A DNA stretch of 64,000 nucleotides from NCBI GenBank assembly GCA_963740315.1, contig CAVUDP010000002.1:3840001-3904000 (forward strand), given 5' to 3'. The translations under genes were made by a program, and so were the position numbers. Below the pieces are notes generated by a model that searched no databases, had not been told where the DNA came from, and worked only from the letters and a program-made list of their open reading frames with translations. Positions 56,346 to 64,000 of this stretch are shown piece after piece; the first letter of the stretch is position 1; every line of letters starts with the position of its first letter. The DNA comes from an uncultured cyanobacterium (lineage in GTDB: Bacteria; Cyanobacteriota; Cyanobacteriia; Cyanobacteriales; Nostocaceae).

Positions 56346-57122
56346 TTAATATTTTGCTTTAATTACTTCCCCCTGCTCCCTGCCTCTTAGACTTCCGAGT
56401 TCAATTAAGCGATTAACTAACCGCATTGAAATCCCACTTTTACGAGCGGCGTTATCTACAGATTCTCCCATTTCTACCTTGACTAAGAAGTTCGCTATTC
56501 TTGACCACAAACGGGATTCTCTATGAATCAAGCCTCTTTTACTAACAAGTTTTAACCCTCTACTCAGAAGCTGCAATTCTTGATTATTTTTGATGTTAGA
56601 GAATTGAGTTGTTTCGGGAGATATTTTGATATCAGGTATGATTTCTAGAGTATGGAAAGTAGGGGTTTTATCTCCCATTGCCACTTTAAATAAATATACC
56701 TTTCTTCCCGATTTACCTTTTGCAATTACAGTTAATAAGCTAGTATTAGATAATGGTAATTGTCTTACTTTTAATGGATTAATTCGTCGTAAATGTATTA
56801 CCGTTGCTCCTTGCGGGTCGCATTCTTTTCCCTCTACAGATAAGCAGCCATCAACATCTAAAGATGCGAATGTCGGATTATCTAGCCAAACCTTCTCTAC
56901 TATTTCATCACTCCTAATGAAAGATATATTTACTCCATACCCTGGCGATAGTTCAATTTTAGGTATACTTGAAGAACTGTTACCAGTAGCAACTTGTTGA
57001 GTTATTTGTTTCACGCTTTGCTTTACTTCACTTGCAATGGCTGGTGATAAATTGAAGTAAGGAAGCGTTAAAGAACAAATAACAATAAATCCTTTTATAA
57101 TTGAATATTGCTTACTCATCAT
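56346..57122 (-). CDS. VirB9-like secreted T4SS protein
   Basis: Signal peptide; IELSPGYGVNISF..EIVEKVWLDNP; adjacent to virB10. Confidence 0.55.
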   Translation of the reverse strand: MMSKQYSIIKGFIVICSLTLPYFNLSPAIASEVKQSVKQITQQVATGNSSSSIPKIELSPGYGVNISFIRSDEIVEKVWLDNPTFASLDVDGCLSVEGKECDPQGATVIHLRRINPLKVRQLPLSNTSLLTVIAKGKSGRKVYLFKVAMGDKTPTFHTLEIIPDIKISPETTQFSNIKNNQELQLLSRGLKLVSKRGLIHRESRLWSRIANFLVKVEMGESVDNAARKSGISMRLVNRLIELGSLRGREQGEVIKAKY

Positions 57123-57135
57123 CTAAAAACGATTA

Positions 57136-58833
57136 CTAAAATTGAAAAGATTGATTAACAAAGACTTGTACATTCGTACCTGCTTTGACATACCAAACAT
57201 CTTCTTGTTGCTGTAGCTCTTGTAGTGCTTGCTGATTACGTTTAATAATTTGTTGAGTTAGCGGTTCAAATCCTCCCTCTAAAACCGCTCCTAAAATATT
57301 TTCTCGACTTCTTCTAACAGAGGAGAAAGAATTAGTACCACTAAATCCACTACTAGTTGATATTTGTTCTTCTTTGGGCTGGTTAAGGACTTTACCGACT
57401 TTCGCTAAAGAACCTACAGCAAAAGTTTGTGCATCTCGTCGCGCAATTTCTCCTTTCTTACTGTTTAAACGAGACGCAATTAAAGGTTTACCGGACTTAC
57501 CACGAATGGCGATCGCACTAGGAGGGAGAATATATTCTTTACCATCAATCACAACTTGAGTTGCTTGAAGTTCAACTAGTCCCCCTTGATTAACGTTATT
57601 AATTTGAGCTACAACCTGAGAACCTTTTGGTAAAACAGCAAAACCGTCTCGTGTATTTAATGGTTGTTCCAGTTCGATTACAAAACTTTCGCTTTTTGAC
57701 TTATTTTTAGATTGTTGAAAAGGATTTTTGTTTTGATGTTTACTCCAAATTAAAGGGGTTAACAACTTTCCATCAACAGATTCCCCCACCTGCAATTGAT
57801 AATTATTTTCATACCCAATAATTGCAGCTTCTTCGGTATGAAGAGGTTCTAGTTCATTGTTGTTTGATGTTTGAGTTGTATAATCCGCTGCTTTTACTAG
57901 AGTTGCAGAGGGGATTATTTGTTTTGGTTGTTCTTGTATGGTGTTATCAATCGTACTTTCGGAGGCTTGCTTATCAGAATTTGCAGTAATTACGCTTGAA
58001 CCATAGCTTCCCAAACGACTAATTTTAGTCCATTCTTCCATCGGGTCAGTTTTTTCTTCAATTTTGGGCACAGTTGGTTTACTTATTCTATTTACAGTCG
58101 GTTGAAATTTCGGTATTTGTGGAGTTCTAGGGGGACTATAACTTACAGGTAATGGTTGTGGTTTCGGACGAGGTATATATGGAACTCGTGTCGGTCGTGG
58201 CGGTCTTGAAACTATTTTAGTTCTGACGGGTGTAGAATATTCTCTTGTTGGAGTTGGTCTAATGTTAGTTTTTATGAATGGTTCTTTTGTAGGTTTAACT
58301 TTGGGTTTTGGTTTGCTTACAGCCGTTTTAGGACTTTTAGCACCTTCAATAGATTTAATTTTTTCAGCTTGAGTTGATAGTGCTAACTCTGCTTTTAACT
58401 TTCCCGTTTCTCTTTTATTAGAATCATCAGCGATTTCTACTTTAGGTTTGGATTGTTTAGAGTATTGTGTCGGGGGTGCAGTTTTAAGACTACCCGACAT
58501 AATACTATTTAAAACCGTTGCAGCAGAACCAAATACCACCAGCATTACCAAACCGACTGCACCAAATTTAGCGAAAGGATTGCTATAGAAATTCGGTTGA
58601 GTTTTCCCCTCATGTGGAGAGTCAAATAGTTCATGTGTTGCAATCGGATTTGCAGCGTCTGCGTGATTATTTACTTCTTCGGAATTACTATCTTGAATTT
58701 CAGTAATTTCTTCTTTCAAATGTGGTTGATTGTCGTCTTGAAATCCAAGCAGTTTCACAAAGCTGACTTCATTCCAATCACTATCTGAAAAATCCGAATC
58801 TGTAGAATTATTTTTATTAGATTGCTCATCCAT
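57136..58833 (-). CDS. virB10: TrbI/VirB10-family T4SS protein
   Basis: TM, Pro-rich linker, and a C-terminal domain with LPKGSQVVA and YVKAGTNVQVFVN. Confidence 0.8.
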   Translation of the reverse strand: MDEQSNKNNSTDSDFSDSDWNEVSFVKLLGFQDDNQPHLKEEITEIQDSNSEEVNNHADAANPIATHELFDSPHEGKTQPNFYSNPFAKFGAVGLVMLVVFGSAATVLNSIMSGSLKTAPPTQYSKQSKPKVEIADDSNKRETGKLKAELALSTQAEKIKSIEGAKSPKTAVSKPKPKVKPTKEPFIKTNIRPTPTREYSTPVRTKIVSRPPRPTRVPYIPRPKPQPLPVSYSPPRTPQIPKFQPTVNRISKPTVPKIEEKTDPMEEWTKISRLGSYGSSVITANSDKQASESTIDNTIQEQPKQIIPSATLVKAADYTTQTSNNNELEPLHTEEAAIIGYENNYQLQVGESVDGKLLTPLIWSKHQNKNPFQQSKNKSKSESFVIELEQPLNTRDGFAVLPKGSQVVAQINNVNQGGLVELQATQVVIDGKEYILPPSAIAIRGKSGKPLIASRLNSKKGEIARRDAQTFAVGSLAKVGKVLNQPKEEQISTSSGFSGTNSFSSVRRSRENILGAVLEGGFEPLTQQIIKRNQQALQELQQQEDVWYVKAGTNVQVFVNQSFQF

Positions 58834-59654
58834 TATAAATTCTCCGCTTGTAAATCACGAATTGCATAAATTTCTAATCCACTAGCACGAACTTGATAAA
58901 TAACAGTAGCTAATTCGCTTGTATTAACAGGAGCTTCTGGAGCAACAACTGCTCTAACAAATATCTCTTTATTAAATGGAATTACTTCCCCCATACTATT
59001 ACTCTGGTCAAAAACATTTAAATTAGCAATCATTTTTACTTTCCATTTCCCTTCATCAATTTTGATAGGAGATTGAATTGATAACGGAATTAAAACTACT
59101 TGAGTTGTACCTTTAAAAACTCCCTGTGGTGTGATTGAAGCGAGCTTTTTGAGAAAGTCTTTACGAAAATCTTCTGATAGTGCATAAGACGCTTGCCACG
59201 CTCCGGATGTAACCTTACTACCCCTTAATCCTCGTTCTCCAATGTTTACACCTTTGTCCTTGATTGGTTTTGCGTTTTCTTCAACAGTTGTAGGGGGTAG
59301 TGTTCCAGACCAATTCATCATCAAGGTCATAGTATCGGAAACAAAGCGGGATACTACCTGGGGAGTGCGTTCAACATTTCCCAACGGTGCAACTTTAATT
59401 CCTTTACCTGTTTCTAATTGAACCAATGAAGGAGGTGGTTTTTTATTTAGCTGTGAATAGGAACCATAGAGTAATATAAGCAGAAAAAATGTGATTAAAT
59501 GTAATCCAAAAGTCCCAACAGCAAACAATGCTAAAGTATCGCCAGTAGAGAATTTTTTGGATGCACGATTTAAAAACTTTAATCTTTTATTATCAGTTGA
59601 TTCTGACTTAAAATTGCTATCTAAATTTGCCATATTTTTTCTATTTACTAACAA
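58833..59654 (-). CDS. VirB8-like bitopic T4SS protein
   Basis: One TM followed by PSLVQL..G, RFVSDTM..MMNW; positioned between virB6-like and virB10. Confidence 0.55.
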   Translation of the reverse strand: MLVNRKNMANLDSNFKSESTDNKRLKFLNRASKKFSTGDTLALFAVGTFGLHLITFFLLILLYGSYSQLNKKPPPSLVQLETGKGIKVAPLGNVERTPQVVSRFVSDTMTLMMNWSGTLPPTTVEENAKPIKDKGVNIGERGLRGSKVTSGAWQASYALSEDFRKDFLKKLASITPQGVFKGTTQVVLIPLSIQSPIKIDEGKWKVKMIANLNVFDQSNSMGEVIPFNKEIFVRAVVAPEAPVNTSELATVIYQVRASGLEIYAIRDLQAENL

Positions 59655-60669
59655 TTCTTGTTACAAAAGTAGAAAGACCAAAACTAGCAATACTCGAAAA
59701 ACTTCTAAAAACAGCTAATCCACCACCTGCTGCTAAAGTTACAGATAAAATGGGGGCAAGAATACCAATTGCAAATGCAAAAATCATTGGGTCATTATTG
59801 TCAGCATTTAGCACCATCGTGGCAACCAAACCGGAAATAATATTGAAACAAATTTTTATCATTCCTACCGAGAAGAAACCCGTTAACCATGCAAAAATAG
59901 CTTTTTGACCAACTGGAAGTAATGAACCTCCAACAGCTAGCGGTCCTAGTAATGCAGTTAGTAACATACAAATCTCGATTATCCATTGAAAAGCAGCTGC
60001 AAGTGCGAGAAGCCAACCACGTACTGTTAATTGAAAAATATTGGTGTTGAAAAAATCACTGGCATTTTGGAGCCAAGATGGACGATTATCTTGCTCGGCT
60101 TCTGCTTCAATTTCTTTTGCTTGTCGGGCTGCATTTTGTAAACACTCGGTTTGTTGGGTTGGGTCGGCAATGGTATTACATTGATTAATCAGCGACTCAA
60201 TTGCATCTGTTTTACCAGTTTTGAGCATTACTTGTTGATAAGCTTCTTGGAGTTGGATAGAAGCAGAGGTGGAAACTAACAGGGTTTGATTAGTTTGGTT
60301 GATGATTCCTCTTAAACCTTTAGTTACAGCTATTAATTGTTGACCGTTGTTTGCAAGTAGGACTATGACAACGATTGTCCAGATTAATTCGGTAAATCCT
60401 TTGGAACTATCACCGTCAATCATTTCCTTTGTCCATTGGACTATGAAAATCAATAATGTTCCAACAGCGAAGAATATTCCTAAGTTGGCGATCGCGCTAT
60501 AAAGTCCCCCACCCAAAACGTCATCCCAAAGCTTATCTATTGATTGAGCAACAGCTTCACTTGCTGCTATGCCGTCCTCAGTTATCGTAGAAGCAGCTTG
60601 TCCGGGGTTAGGATTTTGTGGCTGGGCTTGAGAAAGGATTAGCCCGTACTTCAAAAAATAATAGAACAT
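59641..60669 (-). CDS. VirB6-like polytopic T4SS membrane protein
   Basis: Multiple TMs; LLTALLGPLAVGGSLLP..W. Confidence 0.65.
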   Translation of the reverse strand: MFYYFLKYGLILSQAQPQNPNPGQAASTITEDGIAASEAVAQSIDKLWDDVLGGGLYSAIANLGIFFAVGTLLIFIVQWTKEMIDGDSSKGFTELIWTIVVIVLLANNGQQLIAVTKGLRGIINQTNQTLLVSTSASIQLQEAYQQVMLKTGKTDAIESLINQCNTIADPTQQTECLQNAARQAKEIEAEAEQDNRPSWLQNASDFFNTNIFQLTVRGWLLALAAAFQWIIEICMLLTALLGPLAVGGSLLPVGQKAIFAWLTGFFSVGMIKICFNIISGLVATMVLNADNNDPMIFAFAIGILAPILSVTLAAGGGLAVFRSFSSIASFGLSTFVTRIVSK

Positions 60670-60693
60670 ACGGGAGGAAAGAAATATTTTTAA

Positions 60694-61407
60694 TTAAAAC
60701 AATCTAGCTTGTGATGCAGTTCTCAGGTTACTAAACCCCTGACCAACAACTTCTTTTTGCCTTGCTTGGTTTTGCCCGTCTACAGACCGGGATATGTTAG
60801 TCAAATTAAGATTAGCCAAGTCTTGAGATTGTTTATATTTCAACCCATCGGTTCGCATTGCACCCAAAATACCTGTAATTTGAGTGTTTTGTTGAGCAAT
60901 ACGTTTCATAACATTTTGAGTGACAACATCATTCTGAGCAGCATCAGAAAAAACGGAGACTGTCTCAATTGATGATTGGGTTTTTTCAACTTGTGCTTTC
61001 ATATTTTCTTGTCCCTCTTTACTCAAGGTAAAATCTGAATCAGCCCTCGTTATTTGACGATCCACTTCATTGCTTGCTCTGTCAACACTATTTACAGCAT
61101 TGTCATTATCAGAAGCTATTTGTTCAATTTTTTCTCTAACTTTTGTTGCATCTGGTAAGCCCAATACACCAGCAGCTTCCGACACTACCGTTTGTAAATC
61201 CCCTTCTAAAGATTCTGATAAATTATCTAGTTTCTGAGAAATTGTTGAAGAAATATAGTTGTTTAACAAGCGGCTTTGTTGTTGCCATTGTTCAACCAAT
61301 GCGGTTAAGGGATTACTTCTAACTAAAGCATAAGCACTACTGCCAATGCCAATTGTTGCAATTGTAAAAGCTCCGACAAATATTACTATTCTCCTTTTTA
61401 ATTTCAT
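60694..61407 (-). CDS. Secreted helical T4SS protein (VirB5-like position)
   Basis: Signal peptide, Gln-rich helices, TQNVMK, NLTNIS. Confidence 0.5.
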   Translation of the reverse strand: MKLKRRIVIFVGAFTIATIGIGSSAYALVRSNPLTALVEQWQQQSRLLNNYISSTISQKLDNLSESLEGDLQTVVSEAAGVLGLPDATKVREKIEQIASDNDNAVNSVDRASNEVDRQITRADSDFTLSKEGQENMKAQVEKTQSSIETVSVFSDAAQNDVVTQNVMKRIAQQNTQITGILGAMRTDGLKYKQSQDLANLNLTNISRSVDGQNQARQKEVVGQGFSNLRTASQARLF

Positions 61408-61422
61408 ATACTTTCACTCTAT

Positions 61423-64000
61423 CTACTTGTTTTCAACTAATTGTTTAGAAAGCTCGGTTAGCGCAACAAATTTATCTGAATACTTTGACAAGTAAAGCGT
61501 TCTCTGTTCTTGTTCTTTTGGATTATTACCCACAACAGCTAACAGAATGGGTGCTGGATAATAACGACAAAACGTAAATATCCCGTTATCATCAAGTAAC
61601 CATTGCGAGTACAAATCCTCCTTCTTTGGAAAAAAGCTTTCTGTCGCATTACGAGCAATAATCTCTTGAGGATATTTCAAAATCGTTGTAAAACTATCAA
61701 CAGCAGTGGGTTGAATTCGTCCAATTAACCGAGTAGTTAAATTTTGAAATATTTTTGACCCAGATGGAGATTGTGCAATCGTATCCGGGTCTTGAGCAGA
61801 TAAAATTACTCTAATCCCAGCTTTTGCACCATTTGCACATAATCGACCTACCAAAACTGCAATTGAATCGTATTCAAATAATATTGGACTTTCATCAATG
61901 AAGAAGATACTTGCTGGTGCAGCCAAAGCCCGACGCAATGCTGCACTATAAGCGCTTAAACTTAAAACAGCAGCATCTTCATCGTTGGATAAATTACGGA
62001 GAGCGAAGATAAGTAAACGTGCATCACTGCGGAAGGTTGAAGGTTTCGCTAAAGCTTGTCCAACCCGTGATGAAAGCCAAAATCGCAGACGTAATTTGAT
62101 TGTTTCTAAGGCTGCTTTACTATCACCACTATTATCTTCAAGCTGCAAACGTTCGTGAGAACAAAAACTTAAAAAGTCATGCAGTGTAGGCATTGCAAAC
62201 CATTCATCCGAACCAAACCCATTGGTATAAGCAGCCGCGTAACGGTCGCGAATTAAATCATCCCCAAAAAATGCTTTTAAAGCTAAAGCAATTATTGAAC
62301 GGACTGCATCAACTTGTTGTTTAGTTTGTGCATTTCCTCCACTACCTACAACCATTGCCATAATTGCGGTAGCGAGGAAATCTTTATAGTCTTCAAAACG
62401 CTCTTGCTGCAACTTCTGGGGAAGGGAACGTAGATTCGGTAATTCAAACAAGTTGCTTGATTCTTTACCAATATCAAAATACGCTCCATCCTTCTCCATG
62501 AACTGAGTGTAGTCTGTAAAGGTGCTGGTTCCATCCGGTTTGGGATAGTCCATTGCTACAACTGGCATTCCATGCGCTAGTGCCTGAGTTAGTATTCCAG
62601 AAGCTAAAACGCTCTTACCCGCACGGGTTGTAGCAAATAGTCCCAAATTTTTGTGTTGGGTATATAAATCTAATTCAACGGGTGTTCCTCCTTCTTCTGC
62701 TAACAAGCTAAAGCCGCTACCGTCTCCGGTTTTAGTTTTCACTACAGGCATTAATCCCGGTACTTCGCCACTCAAGTAAACTAACCTTCGATTAAAAGGT
62801 GCAGTCATTAAACGTTCCCAAACAATAGGCAAAGTTTGTAACCAGATTCGCCAGGGGTATTCTGTTTCTCTTACAACCCAAGCTGGACGTAAAAAGCAAG
62901 ATTGCAGATAACGACAAGCTTCATCTAACTGTTCGCGAGTTTGACGATATACCAAAAATACCGTCGCTACATGAATTGGAACGGAGCCTTCATAAAGTTC
63001 TTCCTGGGCAGCAATCGATTTTTTGATATTTAGTAAAGATTTTACGTCTACCGAGTTTTTGTCTTGAGCCAATGCAGCAGACGTGTTTGATTGTTTAGTT
63101 AAACGCTGCATATTGGTTTTAACTAAGGTTTCATTCGCTCGCATCAACTGACAATATATCTCGGTGTCGTAAACTCTTTCTCTTGATAAAACCTCCCACA
63201 AATAACGAAGTTGTTGTTGTTTATCAACCCAACCACCGGGTTTATCCGCGAAGGTGAGAGCTGCAATATATTTGTCTTTGAGATGCACCCAACGTTTATC
63301 AGCGATGGGAATTGAGGAAGAGGACTCCATAAGAAGAGATGTAGGAGCTACATCCGAATAAATTTCTTCTCGGAGTCCGTTTTCGTCATAAATTAAAAGT
63401 TGTGGTATGAGACGTGATGGTGTGTTGTTAAATCGCTGCCAAAGTTCAGACCAAAGTTGTTCTGAATTTAAGGGGCGGATATCTAGCCCCATTTTGTTTG
63501 ACATTAATTGTTCCCATAATTGGAATCCGTCAGTAAATGATGTGTGGATTAACCGTTCGATGGCGATAAATTGAAGTTCGTTGATTTCTCCTGTAAAAGA
63601 TTTCCAAGAACGCTCTAGCTTAGAAAGAATTTTCTCGATAGCATCGGTTGTACCCGTGCTAGAAGTTTCAACGGTGTAGGTGCAATAAAGACGTAGTTTT
63701 TTAGGTTTGCGTACTCCTTTAAAAGTTAATTGTTGTGTTCTACATCGTTCTCCCATCAAAAGGAATTGGAGTTCTTTGTTGGGTGCATTTTCACTTAAAT
63801 TTTTTAGTTGCTGCTGTCTGGTGGTGTCGTCAGTAAAAGAACTCAGACGGATAGTTAAACGTTCCCCAGGTGGTAAATCTTTTAATCCTGATTCAATTGC
63901 ATTGAAAACCGGGTCTATTTGTTCTGTCCGCAAAGTGGAATGAACACCCGTACACTCAAACCCAAATTGAATCAAATAGTTATCAACTCCTTTGCGTAAA
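61423..64000 (-). CDS. virB4: VirB4-like conjugation ATPase (N-terminus lies beyond the window)
   Basis: Walker A ATTRAGKS, Walker B FFIDESP, GAKAGIRVILSAQ. The frame is open to the window end. Confidence 0.85.
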   Translation of the reverse strand, partial: LRKGVDNYLIQFGFECTGVHSTLRTEQIDPVFNAIESGLKDLPPGERLTIRLSSFTDDTTRQQQLKNLSENAPNKELQFLLMGERCRTQQLTFKGVRKPKKLRLYCTYTVETSSTGTTDAIEKILSKLERSWKSFTGEINELQFIAIERLIHTSFTDGFQLWEQLMSNKMGLDIRPLNSEQLWSELWQRFNNTPSRLIPQLLIYDENGLREEIYSDVAPTSLLMESSSSIPIADKRWVHLKDKYIAALTFADKPGGWVDKQQQLRYLWEVLSRERVYDTEIYCQLMRANETLVKTNMQRLTKQSNTSAALAQDKNSVDVKSLLNIKKSIAAQEELYEGSVPIHVATVFLVYRQTREQLDEACRYLQSCFLRPAWVVRETEYPWRIWLQTLPIVWERLMTAPFNRRLVYLSGEVPGLMPVVKTKTGDGSGFSLLAEEGGTPVELDLYTQHKNLGLFATTRAGKSVLASGILTQALAHGMPVVAMDYPKPDGTSTFTDYTQFMEKDGAYFDIGKESSNLFELPNLRSLPQKLQQERFEDYKDFLATAIMAMVVGSGGNAQTKQQVDAVRSIIALALKAFFGDDLIRDRYAAAYTNGFGSDEWFAMPTLHDFLSFCSHERLQLEDNSGDSKAALETIKLRLRFWLSSRVGQALAKPSTFRSDARLLIFALRNLSNDEDAAVLSLSAYSAALRRALAAPASIFFIDESPILFEYDSIAVLVGRLCANGAKAGIRVILSAQDPDTIAQSPSGSKIFQNLTTRLIGRIQPTAVDSFTTILKYPQEIIARNATESFFPKKEDLYSQWLLDDNGIFTFCRYYPAPILLAVVGNNPKEQEQRTLYLSKYSDKFVALTELSKQLVENK

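Overview
AT-rich DNA from a filamentous cyanobacterium, probably Nostocales/Rivulariaceae-like: about 11 HIP1 GCGATCGC octamers, STRR-type heptamer repeats and Nostocales-type genes. It is probably part of a large conjugative plasmid or ICE. The left half (1-32.1 kb) is cargo. It holds a hybrid kinase, a CusR/HprR-like two-component pair (regulator broken by one TGA) beside a YHYH protein and a MacAB-like exporter, flavin oxidoreductases, AlkB and a GH65-beta-phosphoglucomutase fusion. It also holds a decaying 18.5-23 kb mosaic (MITE-interrupted Zn-ADH, deleted cph1/aphA phytochrome) and a pyruvate kinase / membrane protein / CBS-CP12 operon. Eleven copies of an unrecognised direct-repeat promoter box (CTCACAA-nTT-CCTCA, usually followed 11 nt later by a TAnnnT-like -10) tie many cargo genes into one putative regulon. 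The right half (32.2-64 kb) is a conjugation backbone: a cyanobacterial T4SS (VirB4/B6/B8/B9/B10-like, VirD4), a MobV relaxase, a pMV158-type oriT hairpin, ParM/ParR and a MobD/StbB-like ATPase. The predicted leading region carries a 1265-aa single-chain two-barrel (YonO/RdRP-like, DFDGD) RNA polymerase and a Dam-family methyltransferase containing six palindromic 126-bp-spaced units. All assignments come from reading motifs by eye; no database searches were run.
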